Shown here: piece by piece, positions 9,790 to 20,225 of the stretch
Position numbering within the stretch: the stretch's first letter is position 1
Layout of the letters: each line of letters starts with the position of its first letter
Source: Patescibacteria group bacterium
GTDB lineage: Bacteria; Patescibacteriota; Patescibacteriia; Patescibacteriales; UBA12075
Length of the DNA: 64,000 nt
Reading direction: 5' to 3'
Assembly (NCBI GenBank): GCA_018897195.1
Contig: JAHILH010000004.1
Span: forward strand, 83,678-147,677
Program-made: the position numbers and the translations under genes
The notes under the pieces: model-generated
Database searches by the model: none
What the model saw: only the letters and a program-made list of their open reading frames with translations
Told to the model about the DNA's origin: nothing

Positions 9790-10467
9790 CTATTTCTTCC
9801 TCATCCAAAAAACCCAAAACTTCAACGGATAGTCTCCTTTTTGCATTTCTTCTTTTTTCAAAATTTCAAAATCCTTCTGAAACAACTTTTCAACTTCCCA
9901 ATCGTAAAAAATGTGATTATAGTGGCCATTTTTAAGAGACCAGTTTTTTACCTTGATTCCGCGGGTAAATTTCTTGATATTACGGTCGGAATTAATACTG
10001 AAACAAATTAAAAAGAAATAACCGCCTGGTTTTAAAACAAAATTCAAATTTCGCAAATATTCCCGCCATTGATATTTGCGAATGTGGTGAAGACAACCAG
10101 AGTCGAGCACTACTTCAAATTCTTCTTTAATATAAGGCAAATTTAAGACGTCGCCAACTTGAAAATCAACTGAAACTTTGGATATTTCAGCATTTTTTTT
10201 GGCTAATTTTACTGCCTCTTCTGAAAAATCAATTCCGCTGCTTTTTAAACCTATTTGCGCAAAAGGAATCGCTTGACGCCCATTGCCACAGCCAAAATCC
10301 AAGAATTTACCATTAATTTTCTCTTTCTTGATAAATTCGACAAATTTAAAAATCACCGGATACGGTGTTTGTGAGGAAAAGTGCCAATTATCACCCGAAT
10401 AACCCCCTTTTAAATTTAGCCAAAATTTATCGTAAAATATTTTCTCTTTTTTAATAACTTTATCCAT
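9790..10467 (-). CDS. Class I SAM-dependent methyltransferase
   Basis: Motif I LDFGCGNGRQ is present on a Rossmann-like methyltransferase fold. Confidence 0.7.
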   Translation of the reverse strand: MDKVIKKEKIFYDKFWLNLKGGYSGDNWHFSSQTPYPVIFKFVEFIKKEKINGKFLDFGCGNGRQAIPFAQIGLKSSGIDFSEEAVKLAKKNAEISKVSVDFQVGDVLNLPYIKEEFEVVLDSGCLHHIRKYQWREYLRNLNFVLKPGGYFFLICFSINSDRNIKKFTRGIKVKNWSLKNGHYNHIFYDWEVEKLFQKDFEILKKEEMQKGDYPLKFWVFWMRKK

Positions 10468-10555
10468 AACCTCATTTTACCTGCAAAATTCAATCTTTAC
10501 AAATACCCAAAAACGTTGTAGGATATGCGTATAATTAATCGATTATTTTGACTCT

Positions 10556-11593
10556 ATGATCATTCTCGGAATTGAAACCAGTTGTGACGAAACCGCCGCC
10601 TCAATTATCAAAGGCGAGGAAAACAAAATTGAAGTCTTATCAAATATAATTTCTTCTCAAATAGATATTCATCGCCAATATGGCGGTGTAGTTCCCGAGG
10701 TTGCCGCTCGTGAACATGTTTTGAATATTATGCCCGTCATCGACGAAGCCTTAAAAATTGCCAATCTAAAACACGGCGCTATAGACGCAATTGCTGTCAC
10801 TGTCGGCCCTGGGCTAGTCACCTCATTACAAACTGGCGTTGAAACAGCTAAGGTCTTGTCTTATGCTTGGAATATTCCCGTTATCGGCATTAATCACATC
10901 GAGGGGCACATTGCGGCGAATTTCATTGGCGAATTTTCAGTTTTAAATTTTGAATTTCCAATGATTGTGCTTACAGTTTCTGGTGGACACACAATGCTTA
11001 TTTTATCCAAGCAATTAGGTCAATTTGAAACCGTCGGCGAAACCGTTGATGATGCGGCTGGCGAGGCTTTTGATAAAGCAGCCAAACTAATGGACATTGG
11101 CTACCCCGGCGGTCCGATTATTTCCACTGAAGCCGATAAATTCAACGAAATTAATAACACTCAACCCGCCATCAAACTCCCGCGCCCGATGCTCACCTCT
11201 AAAAATTTTAATTTCTCTTTCTCTGGTTTAAAAACTGCTCTTCGCTATGCCCTAGAAAAAGATTCTACATGGCAAAATCGGATTTCAGAATATTGTTTTC
11301 ATTTTCAACAAGCCATTATCGATGTTTTAATTCACAAAACAATCAAAGCTGCAGAAAAATACAATGCCAAGACAGTAATGTTGGCCGGTGGCGTTTCAGC
11401 TAATAAAGAATTGCGCTTACAATTGGAAACAGCTGTTAAAGAGCGGTTAATTGGTACTAAGTTTAATTTACCAGATTTGAAATACACCACCGACAACGCG
11501 GCGATGATTGCCGCGGCTGGCTATTTCAAAGCCCAACAACAAGAATTTACCAAATGGTCAGATTTAAAAGTTGATAGCAATTTAGAATTATAA
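10556..11593 (+). CDS. tsaD: tRNA N6-adenosine threonylcarbamoyltransferase (Kae1/TsaD)
   Basis: MIILGIETSCDETAASII is present along with conserved His motifs. The length matches TsaD. Confidence 0.9.
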   Translation: MIILGIETSCDETAASIIKGEENKIEVLSNIISSQIDIHRQYGGVVPEVAAREHVLNIMPVIDEALKIANLKHGAIDAIAVTVGPGLVTSLQTGVETAKVLSYAWNIPVIGINHIEGHIAANFIGEFSVLNFEFPMIVLTVSGGHTMLILSKQLGQFETVGETVDDAAGEAFDKAAKLMDIGYPGGPIISTEADKFNEINNTQPAIKLPRPMLTSKNFNFSFSGLKTALRYALEKDSTWQNRISEYCFHFQQAIIDVLIHKTIKAAEKYNAKTVMLAGGVSANKELRLQLETAVKERLIGTKFNLPDLKYTTDNAAMIAAAGYFKAQQQEFTKWSDLKVDSNLEL

Positions 11594-11648
11594 AAAGAGT
11601 CCCGAGAATAAACCTCGGGACTCTTTTTCTTTTGTCTTGAATTTTATT

Positions 11649-14039
11649 TTATTTCTTCTTTTTCTTAGCCATTTCTTCTTCCTTTTTTAATACCGCTAAT
11701 GTTGTCTTCACGACTGTATCTGGAATCAAGGAAATGCTATCAATGCCCTCCTCTACCAAGAAAGTCGCAAACTCAGGAAAGTCACTCGGCGCTTGTCCGC
11801 AAATACCAACCTTAGTCTTGGTATCTTTACCAACCTGAATTAAATACTTAATTAAAGTCTTCACAGCCGGATTCTTTTCATTGGAAGGACCAGCGACATC
11901 AATCATGCCAGCGGCATCGCGATCAATACCCAGTGTCAATTGTGTTAAATCATTAGAACCGATAGAGAAACCATCAAACTCTTTAGCAAAATCAGTTGCT
12001 AAAATGATATTCGCTGGAATCTCGGCCATTACGTAAACCTCTAAACCATTTTTTCCTTGTACCAAGCCATTTTCGGCCATAATCTTTTTCACCGCCTTAC
12101 CTTCTTCTACGGTTCGACAAAATGGAATCATGATTTTTAAATTTGTTAAGCCCATGTCATCACGCACCTTTTTCAAAGCTGCACATTCCAATTTGAAAGC
12201 TGGTAAAAATTTCTCAGAATAATAACGACTAGCGCCACGATAACCAATCATGGGATTTGATTCTACTGGTTCATACTCCGCTCCACCAATCAAGTTCGCA
12301 TATTCATTTGATTTAAAATCAGACAAACGCACAATTACATCCTTGGGATAAAAAGCGGCCGCAATCATAGCCACACCAGAGGCTAATTTTTCCACAAAGA
12401 AATCGGTTTTGTTTTTATAACCGAAGGTAATCTCGTCAATTTTTCTTTTAACTTCCTTATCTTTTATCTTAGTATAATTTATCAAAGCCAGAGGATGAAT
12501 CTTAATATAGTTATTGATAATAAACTCTAAGCGCGCCAAACCGACACCATCATTCGGAACAAATGAAGTTAAGAAGGCCTGATCGGGCTCACCGACGTTC
12601 ATCATGATCTTGGTCTTTGGTTTTTTCAAATTCTTCACGTCAGTTCTATTGATCTTATACGGCAATTCACCTTCATAAACAAAACCTTCTTCACCCTCCG
12701 CACAACTCACGGTAACTTTTGTGCCTGTTTTTATAGTTGATGATGCGGTGTTAGTACCAACCACACAAGGAATGCCCAGCTCACGAGAAATAATCGCCGC
12801 GTGACAAGTTCGTCCGCCTTTATCAGTCACAATCGCTGACGCAATCTTCATAATCGGCTCCCAATCAGGATCAGTCATATCAGTCAAAAGCACATCGCCT
12901 TTTTTAAAACTCTCAATCTGCTTAATATCCATGATTTTGTTCACGGTACCGGCACCAATACGACTACCAACACTTTGTCCGCTAATCAACAATTTACCTT
13001 TTGCTTGCAAACGATAATCTTCCAAAACATTCACATCGCGAGTGCTATGCACTGTCTCTGGACGCGCTTGAATGATATATAACTTGTTATCGTTGCCATC
13101 CAATGCCCATTCCATATCCATTGGTCGGCCATAATGCTTTTCAATAATCATCGCCCATTTCGCTAACTGCTTAATTTGCGCATCATTAATAGAATACTTA
13201 GCTTGCTCAGCCGGAGGCACATTGATATCCTTCACTGGATTTTTTGGATCAGAGCTGTAAATCATTCGTAAATTTTTCTTACCCATTTTCTTAGTAATAA
13301 TTGCACCCGTTGGCTTAAATACATAGAATTCATCAGGATTTACTTTGCCCTGCACGATGTTTTCGCCCAAGCCATAAATAGAATTAATCATGACCACATT
13401 TTGAAAACCAGACTCAGTGTCGATTGAGAACATAACACCGGAAGAACCCTTATCAGAGCGCGCCATTTTTTGCACACCAGCTGACAAAGCAATTTGAAAA
13501 TGATCAAAGCCTTTGTCCGTTCTGTATGAAATCGCGCGATTAGTAAACAAAGATGCAATACATCTCTTTACTGCATCAATTACATATTCCGCGCCTTGAA
13601 TGTTTAAGTAAGTATCCTGTTGTCCTGCAAAAGAAGCATCAGGCAAGTCTTCTGCTGTCGCTGATGAGCGCACTGCCACATCAACATTCTTCATTTTATG
13701 ACTCTTGGACAACTTGGCATAAGCAGTTCGAATTTCCGCCTCTAATTCTTTTGGCAGTCTTGCAGCTAAAATAGTCTTACGAACTTTAGCTCCCCTCCTC
13801 ACAAGATCACCAACATTCTTGGTGTCCAAACCTTTTAAAATTTTCTCAATCTCTTTCTTTAAACCACCTTTTTCCATGAAGAAATTGTAGGCTTCGGCCG
13901 TTGTGGCAAAACCATTTGGAACAGTAATTCCTTGTTTTGTTAACTTTTGATACATCTCACCTAGAGACGCATTCTTTCCACCAACCATCGGCACATCTTT
14001 GATGCCAAGTTCGTCGAAAAATTTAATAAATTTTGACAT
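11649..14039 (-). CDS. ppsA: Phosphoenolpyruvate synthase (pyruvate, water dikinase)
   Basis: The protein is 796 aa. It has an N-terminal ATP-grasp domain, a central phosphohistidine domain and a C-terminal PEP-utilizing domain. The sequence begins MSKFIKFFDELG...GGKNASLGEM. Confidence 0.9.
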   Translation of the reverse strand: MSKFIKFFDELGIKDVPMVGGKNASLGEMYQKLTKQGITVPNGFATTAEAYNFFMEKGGLKKEIEKILKGLDTKNVGDLVRRGAKVRKTILAARLPKELEAEIRTAYAKLSKSHKMKNVDVAVRSSATAEDLPDASFAGQQDTYLNIQGAEYVIDAVKRCIASLFTNRAISYRTDKGFDHFQIALSAGVQKMARSDKGSSGVMFSIDTESGFQNVVMINSIYGLGENIVQGKVNPDEFYVFKPTGAIITKKMGKKNLRMIYSSDPKNPVKDINVPPAEQAKYSINDAQIKQLAKWAMIIEKHYGRPMDMEWALDGNDNKLYIIQARPETVHSTRDVNVLEDYRLQAKGKLLISGQSVGSRIGAGTVNKIMDIKQIESFKKGDVLLTDMTDPDWEPIMKIASAIVTDKGGRTCHAAIISRELGIPCVVGTNTASSTIKTGTKVTVSCAEGEEGFVYEGELPYKINRTDVKNLKKPKTKIMMNVGEPDQAFLTSFVPNDGVGLARLEFIINNYIKIHPLALINYTKIKDKEVKRKIDEITFGYKNKTDFFVEKLASGVAMIAAAFYPKDVIVRLSDFKSNEYANLIGGAEYEPVESNPMIGYRGASRYYSEKFLPAFKLECAALKKVRDDMGLTNLKIMIPFCRTVEEGKAVKKIMAENGLVQGKNGLEVYVMAEIPANIILATDFAKEFDGFSIGSNDLTQLTLGIDRDAAGMIDVAGPSNEKNPAVKTLIKYLIQVGKDTKTKVGICGQAPSDFPEFATFLVEEGIDSISLIPDTVVKTTLAVLKKEEEMAKKKKK

Positions 14040-14104
14040 AGTTTTCTCCCTGTCCGCCCCTGCAGAAGCCCTGACGGATATAGTATTAATAAATAATTTA
14101 AAAC

Positions 14105-14449
14105 TTAAAGTTTAATTTTTTTACTCAAATCATAAACAAAAGGAATTTTCCACCATTCTCCATTATATGCCTTTACCGCCGCTGTCGCTGAAACAACAAT
14201 TAAGGCTAAAAGTAAAATCTGTCCAAAAAAAGGCACGATAGTGGCAAAGCTTAAACCAAATAAAACTAATCCTTGCTTCGCATGAAACTGCGCATACTTA
14301 GATTTCTGCTTAGTCAGCAAGGGAATAAGACATAAGATCCATAAATACCCGCCCGCCGCGATGGTTTTATTCTTTTCAATGTCTGGATTTAACGATTGGT
14401 TGTTTTGTTCTTCGGTCATATTTTTAAATTTAATAATAGTTAATAACAC
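14105..14449 (-). CDS. DUF4870-family small membrane protein
   Basis: The pattern AAGGYLWILCLIPLL...FHAKQGL is typical of DUF4870. Confidence 0.5.
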   Translation of the reverse strand: MLLTIIKFKNMTEEQNNQSLNPDIEKNKTIAAGGYLWILCLIPLLTKQKSKYAQFHAKQGLVLFGLSFATIVPFFGQILLLALIVVSATAAVKAYNGEWWKIPFVYDLSKKIKL

Positions 14450-14499
14450 CTCCCATTATACAAAATATTATACCATAAAAATTAAAAATTATAAAATAT

Positions 14500-14528
14500 T
14501 TGACTTTTCCTAAAATACCGTGTAATAA
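14500..14528 (+). promoter_or_regulatory. Candidate promoter TTGACT-N17-TAATAA upstream of tRNA-Leu
   Basis: The hexamers have the correct spacing and lie about 50 nt upstream of the tRNA 5' end. Confidence 0.35.
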
Positions 14529-14578
14529 TATAGATATAGAAAAAACGTAAAAAATTGCTTTTTGCGTATTTTTTTTCT

Positions 14579-14663
14579 GCGGACGTGGCGAAATTGGTAG
14601 ACGCACTTGCCTTAGGAGCAAGCACCGCAAGGTATGAGAGTTCGAGTCTCTCCGTCCGCACCA
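14579..14663 (+). tRNA. tRNA-Leu (anticodon TAG), type II with long variable arm, CCA encoded
   Basis: Acceptor stem GCGGACG/CGTCCGC. The anticodon loop is CT-TAG-GA. The variable arm is long. A T-arm GTTCGAGTC is present. Confidence 0.85.
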
Positions 14664-14670
14664 AAAAAAT

Positions 14671-14700
14671 AAAAGCTGACATTTTTGTCAGCTTTTATTT
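14671..14700. terminator. Intrinsic terminator after tRNA-Leu (bidirectional)
   Basis: A stem AAAAGCTGAC/GTCAGCTTTT has U-tracts on both sides. Confidence 0.6.
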
Positions 14701-14718
14701 TACAAAGATTATTACATA

Positions 14719-14811
14719 GTTCCCTCTCCTGGATAGGAGAGGGGCAGGGTGAGGTAGATATTCGGTGACGGCTCCCTCACTCCGACCTTCTCCCGGCGGG
14801 GCGAGGGAGAA
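14719..14811. repeat. GC-rich palindromic intergenic repeat, copy B
   Basis: It is near-identical to copy A. It lies between the tRNA terminator and the 3' end of polA. Confidence 0.8.
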
Positions 14812-14825
14812 ATCTTGAATACAAT

Positions 14826-17621
14826 TTATATCTTCTCCATCTCCCCCCAACTCTGCCCTACTTTCGCATCCACCACAATCGGCACAGTCAAAGTAATCGC
14901 ATTTTCCATAATCGCTTTGATCTGAGGCACATATTTTACGACCAAGTCTTCGCGCATCTCAAAGATTAATTCGTCGTGTACTTGCAATAAAACTCTTGCA
15001 TCGCTGTCAGTTATCTTTGCCAACACCTCAATCATCGCTTTTTTAATTAAATCCGCCGCCGTGCCTTGAATTGGAGTATTGACCGCCATCCGCTCGGCCG
15101 CTTTGCGAATTTGCATGTTCGATGAGTTAATGTCAGCCAAGAAACGACGACGACCGAACATGGTTTCAACAAAACCCTCCTCTTTTGCCTTAGCAATAGT
15201 GTTATCAATAAAATTTTTCACACCGGGGAATTTTTTGAAATATTCTTCAATAAATAAGCGAGCTTTTTCAAAAGAAATATCCGTCGCCTGCGCAAGTCCG
15301 TGCGGCCCTTGGCCATAGAGAATACCAAAATTGATTGCCTTGGCTTCACGACGCATTGTACTCGTTACTTCCGACAAATCCACTTCATTAATCTTGGCCG
15401 CCGTTAAAGAATGAATGTCAACATTATTTTTAAAAGATTCTAGCATTGTCTCATCACCAGACATATGTGCTGCAACCCTTAACTCAATTTGCGAATAATC
15501 AAAAGCAACTAACATATAACCAGCCTTAGCAACAAATGCCTTGCGAATCTCACGACCCATCTCGGTACGCACAGGAATATTTTGTAAATTTGGCTCAGTC
15601 GATGACAAACGACCCGTCGCAGCTACAGCCTGGTTGTAGCTCGTGTGGATTCTTTTTGTTTTCGGATTAATTAATTGCGGTAGGGCTTCGATATAAGTAC
15701 TAATCAACTTCGCCAACTCGCGATATTCCTGAATATATTTAATAATCTCATGACGATCTTTCATTTTTTCCAATTCATCAAAAGCCGTGGAAAAACCAGT
15801 TTTCGTCTTTGTAATTCCCTCGGCTGAAATCTGCAACTTATCAAACAAAACTTCTTTCAACTGTTTGGTCGAGTTAATATTAAAATCACCGCCCGCCAAA
15901 GTCCAAATTTCTTTCTTAATTTTATCAATTTTCTTGGTTAATTCTTTATTTAATTTTTGTAAAAAACCACCATCCAAAGAAATTCCGTTCTCCTCCATTT
16001 CTACTAAAACAGAGATCAACGGCATTTCCATTTCATTAAATAAAGTTTCTAATTTTTGTTCTTGCAACTGCTTACGCAAAACCTCAACCAAACGAAAGGT
16101 AAAATCCGCATCTTCGCACGCATATAAGGATAATTTTTCCGCCTCTACGTTAGCGTATTCAATTTTATCTTTACCCTTACCAAGCAAATCTTCTTTATTG
16201 ATTTTTACAAAACCCAACTCCGCAAACACAACAGCGTCTAAATTATGTTGTCGATTATCTGGATTCAAAAGATAAGAAGCAATCATGGTGTCAAAGTTAA
16301 TTCCCTCGACATTGACGCCCTGATTCTTTAAAACCCGCACATCATACTTCATATTGTGTCCATATTTTTGGATACTTACGTCTTCTAAAATTGGTTTTAA
16401 TTGCTTTAACCAATTATTATCAACTTGCGCCTCTTCTTTAATATCAGACATGCTACCATAATTAAACAAGTTAGTTTCCTGTTCTCCCTGCTTCTTTTTT
16501 GCGGCTTGTAATTTCAAATAATAAGCTTCACCTGCTTTCCAAGAAAAACTCACTCCTAAAATCTCACATGTAATCGGATCCAATGAAGTCGTTTCAGTGT
16601 CCACCGCAAATGCCTTTTGTTTTTTCAATTCAGTAAAGAATTTTGCAAACTTTTTTTCATCATCCACTAAAACATATTTAAACTCCGTTCGATTACGTTC
16701 AAATTTATCAATTACTTCCTGAGCACTTTCTGCCTTGGTTTGATTAGCTCCGGATAAATCCGCCACGCGGGGCAATAATGATTTAAAACCTAGGTCGCTA
16801 AACACGTCCACTAAACCATCTTTATCATAAACACCAAACTTAGCTGCCTCCAAATTAAAATCCATCGGCACATCAAGTTTTATAGTTGCCAATTCTTTAG
16901 ACATATATGCATCTTCCTTGTGAGTCTTCAATAATTCCGCAATCCGCGGTTTCACTTTGTCTAGATTTTTATACAACTCGTCCAAATTTCCAAATTCCTT
17001 CAATAACTCCGTCGCTGTTTTTTCACCGATCCCCTTCACACCCGGAATATTATCCGAGGTATCACCACGCAGGGCCTTGTAATCAATTAACTGCGCCACC
17101 TTCAATCCATATTTCTCTTCCACTAATTTTTCATCATACAAAACACTATCCAAAATCCCTCGACTCATCGTGTAAACTTTTGTATCCGCCCGCACCAATT
17201 GAAAAGCATCCGCATCACCTGTCACAATAATCTTATCAACTTCCGGCTCGTGCCTCGTAATCGTCCCAATCAAATCATCCGCCTCAAAACCATCCATCTC
17301 AAAAATCGGAATCCCAAACGCCCGCACCACTTTCTTCACCATCGGAATCTGCGCATACAGCTCATCCGGCGCCTTCTCGCGATGCGCCTTATACTCCGTA
17401 TATTGAATATGCCGAAAAGTTGGCGCCTTCCGATCCAAAGTCACCACCACATACTCCGGCTTAAACTCTTTAATTGCCTTCAACAACACAGTCGTAAATC
17501 CATACACCGCATTTGTCATTTCCCCCGCGCTATTTTTCATAGTCGGCGGTAAAGCGTGAAAACTACGATGAATCAAAGCGTTCCCATCAATGATAATAAT
17601 CTTTTCTTTTTTTATAATCAT
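14826..17621 (-). CDS. polA: DNA polymerase I (5'-3' exonuclease + 3'-5' exonuclease + polymerase domains)
   Basis: The protein is 931 aa with the canonical domain order. Motif A DYSQIELR and motif B RRxAKxxNFGxxYG are present. Confidence 0.95.
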   Translation of the reverse strand: MIIKKEKIIIIDGNALIHRSFHALPPTMKNSAGEMTNAVYGFTTVLLKAIKEFKPEYVVVTLDRKAPTFRHIQYTEYKAHREKAPDELYAQIPMVKKVVRAFGIPIFEMDGFEADDLIGTITRHEPEVDKIIVTGDADAFQLVRADTKVYTMSRGILDSVLYDEKLVEEKYGLKVAQLIDYKALRGDTSDNIPGVKGIGEKTATELLKEFGNLDELYKNLDKVKPRIAELLKTHKEDAYMSKELATIKLDVPMDFNLEAAKFGVYDKDGLVDVFSDLGFKSLLPRVADLSGANQTKAESAQEVIDKFERNRTEFKYVLVDDEKKFAKFFTELKKQKAFAVDTETTSLDPITCEILGVSFSWKAGEAYYLKLQAAKKKQGEQETNLFNYGSMSDIKEEAQVDNNWLKQLKPILEDVSIQKYGHNMKYDVRVLKNQGVNVEGINFDTMIASYLLNPDNRQHNLDAVVFAELGFVKINKEDLLGKGKDKIEYANVEAEKLSLYACEDADFTFRLVEVLRKQLQEQKLETLFNEMEMPLISVLVEMEENGISLDGGFLQKLNKELTKKIDKIKKEIWTLAGGDFNINSTKQLKEVLFDKLQISAEGITKTKTGFSTAFDELEKMKDRHEIIKYIQEYRELAKLISTYIEALPQLINPKTKRIHTSYNQAVAATGRLSSTEPNLQNIPVRTEMGREIRKAFVAKAGYMLVAFDYSQIELRVAAHMSGDETMLESFKNNVDIHSLTAAKINEVDLSEVTSTMRREAKAINFGILYGQGPHGLAQATDISFEKARLFIEEYFKKFPGVKNFIDNTIAKAKEEGFVETMFGRRRFLADINSSNMQIRKAAERMAVNTPIQGTAADLIKKAMIEVLAKITDSDARVLLQVHDELIFEMREDLVVKYVPQIKAIMENAITLTVPIVVDAKVGQSWGEMEKI

Positions 17622-18655
17622 ATTTCAGTAATTATTTACAATACTTCCATTATACCACAGAAAACAAAAAAAAATAGCTCAAAATAAAAAAAATAATAAC
17701 TTATTCTCTTAAAGATAATCAATATTTTGATTATTTTATTAGAGAGCGAAATTTTTACCTCTCCGAGAACCAACTATTTATTCTATAGCTAGACTGATTG
17801 CCCGCTTACCAAAATATATTTTACAAGCCAGGTAACTGCTTACTTTATTATTACTGAGATATTAAAGAAATTCCTCATCCTTGCCTTTGTCCTAAATTGA
17901 AGCAAGGTGTTCCCGTTTATTTTTCGTCGGCCTGGCGGGAGTCCGACTATATCGAAGAGATCAAACTCTTTGATATAAAAACCGCTTTAGATTGACAAAT
18001 CTACTCATCACAGCACCTCAAATGAACGAGGTTTATTACTTTACTACATTATTAAGCTGCGTTTTTTATAAATTAACCAATATTTTTTATTGCCGTTCTC
18101 ATCTCCTAAATCTCACAAAGATTTAACTACAAAAAAACTTCGCTTAAAATTGTAGACGATATTTCCATAAGATTAATGAATTATTTTTTATAGATCCATT
18201 TATCATTATTTCAATATCCCAATCTTTGCGAAGTTTTAGGAGATGAGTATTTTCATATACCGATGTTAACGTTCAAGGCACGACCCGCCGAGGCGGATCA
18301 TAATGAATTAAGTTTCATTATGACAAGCATGAAATTTAATTTACTTTGTTTGCTGCCGACTCGTGAATTAAACGAAGTCAGAAGCGCTTTGGTCTTAAGC
18401 AATCTTTCAGCTTAATAAATCAGTATAGCAAACATTTTGAAACTTGTCAATAGTCTTTGACGGAAATTATCATTATTAATTATTTATTGCTAACTTTAAA
18501 TATAATTATAATCAATATCTTGTTATTTATATAAAACAAAAGTAGGCTAATAATGTAATATAAATAATATACATTTATTTTCGCATTATAGACAATACAT
18601 GATGCTTTCTTAACACAATGAGATTATGCATTATGATTTAAGAAAATAAGTGCTG

Positions 18656-18745
18656 CCTCCCTCTCCTTTGTAGGAGAGGGTTAGCGTAATCCTCGTCCGA
18701 TTAATTATAAAGGGGACGGGGTGAGGTAGAACGGGCGAGGGAGAA
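18656..18745. repeat. GC-rich palindromic repeat, diverged copy C
   Basis: It shares the 5' hairpin CCTCCCTCTCCT..AGGAGAGGG and the 3' GGTGAGGTAGA...GGCGAGGGAGAA with copies A and B. The middle differs. Confidence 0.6.
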
Positions 18746-19347
18746 TACAATGGCAAACTTCTCGATATATTTATTCAAAATCATAAATTGCATATAAAAC
18801 TAAAAAAGACCAATTTTTTAGATTGATCTTTTTTATTACTTATATTTTTATCTTCCCAGACATCGCAAGATTAATACAATAAAACTTCGCTTAAAATTGC
18901 ATCAATCAATACGAAGTTTTGGGAGATAATATAATGTACAGGCTTGAAAAAGCCATTGGGACAAATCTAAATGTATTTAGCACAACGTTTTTTGGAATAA
19001 ATTCTTTACTCGTTGTAAATAACTTTGAAGAAAAGATAATCATTCCATATTTATAACCACATCAGATAAACCACTTTAGTCGCAACAACGAAATAAAATA
19101 GTTCATGTAGAATATTAATTCTAGGTAGATGTAACAAGTGTGGAAAATTTTAGATTTGTTTCAATGTGCTTTTTAAGTTAATTTGTCAGTTTAGCAAACA
19201 TTTTTAAAAATGTCAATAATAAACAACAATTTTACAATATTAATTAATTAATAGCTATTATTAAATAAAATAAAACAATAATATATGTCACATGCATACA
19301 ACTTTAATAAAATTATCTGCCAAAATAACTATATCCGTCAATAAGTA

Positions 19348-19376
19348 TTGACAAATATTTTTAAGTATGCTAGACT
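19348..19376 (+). promoter_or_regulatory. Candidate promoter TTGACA-N17-TAGACT for the 19526 small ORF
   Basis: A perfect -35 hexamer and a 17 nt spacer are followed by a weak -10. Confidence 0.3.
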
Positions 19377-19525
19377 AATATATTAACTCAGAACATTCAA
19401 AACTAAAAAGGAAATTACCCCCTGTAAAGCCTTCAACAAATTATGGTGACGGCCTTACAGAGGAAGAATTATAAAAAATATCTGCGCAAAGCAGAATCCC
19501 CTCTCTAAATCATAAAGATAAATAT

Positions 19526-19684
19526 ATGATGAGATCAATTTCCGGAACCTTGTCGTTGATGCTATCAATGGCAGTCCTACGAACAACACTACCTGAAGCC
19601 GCAGATCTTCTAGGTCAAATCCTAGTAACGTCATTAACCATGGTTAACGGCTTACTACACCACGCCGGATCATTGCAGATATAG
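19526..19684 (+). CDS. Small ORF (52 aa, MMRSISGTLSLMLSMAVLRTTLPEAADLLGQILVTSLTMVNGLLHHAGSLQI), unusually GC-rich; alternatively a structured ncRNA
   Basis: GC content is about 48% in a ~30% background. A strong terminator follows immediately. The ORF is below the track's size threshold. Confidence 0.3.
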   Translation: MMRSISGTLSLMLSMAVLRTTLPEAADLLGQILVTSLTMVNGLLHHAGSLQI

Positions 19685-19692
19685 AAACCCAA

Positions 19693-19720
19693 AAGGGATT
19701 CGAAGAATCCCTTCTTTTTC
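19693..19720 (+). terminator. Intrinsic terminator (AAGGGATTC-GAA-GAATCCCTT + T-run)
   Basis: A perfect 9 bp stem and a 3 nt loop are followed by CTTTTTCC. Confidence 0.6.
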
Positions 19721-20186
19721 CGGAAGAGGAATTACAAAGCGATTTAGCGAGCAACATCACTCATGGAATTACTTTGTCATTTCTGACAAACAGCACATTA
19801 AAAACACAAAGACTACTGTTTGTATCGCAATCAACTAATTTTGTCTCTTCTTACTAAGAGAGATAATATATTTTTTTCACTACAATAATGGAGGTGTTAT
19901 ATGGGTGGATGAAATTGCATAAGCAAAATCGTCTGTGGTTCTAGTAACTGGACTAGAACCATAAAACCTACGTGACATTTTAAAATCCATAAGGAGAAAA
20001 ATGAACGGTTAATCAGCTTTCAAATCATCGGTAAGGGAAAAATAACTAATTTATTTTCTACTTTTCTGGAGAAAAAAATGAACGGCTAAATTCCAACTAG
20101 GCATCTCTAATATTGATGAAGTTGATTGTTTTGACACAAAATAGAAAAAATCTATAAGCTGGTATAATCACTACCACTTAAAACAA

Positions 20187-20225
20187 AACCCCCTTCGAAT
20201 AAATTCGAAGGGGGGTCTTTTTTTA
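20187..20225. terminator. Bidirectional terminator (CCCCCTTCGAAT/ATTCGAAGGGGG) at the 3' end of the TrmB-like gene
   Basis: A 12 bp perfect GC-rich stem has a T-run on the + strand and an A-run upstream. Confidence 0.7.

Noticed and set aside
14430-14682. ORFs 14430..14630 and 14482..14682 on the minus strand
   Set aside because: They overlap the tRNA-Leu gene and its promoter. They are AT-rich chance frames and not genes.
20159-20169. TGGTATAAT extended -10 promoter driving a ~45 nt transcript into the 20187 terminator
   Set aside because: The match could be fortuitous in AT-rich DNA. There is no -35 at proper spacing, and a transcript that short would be unusual. It is noted only as part of the 2.6 kb region description.
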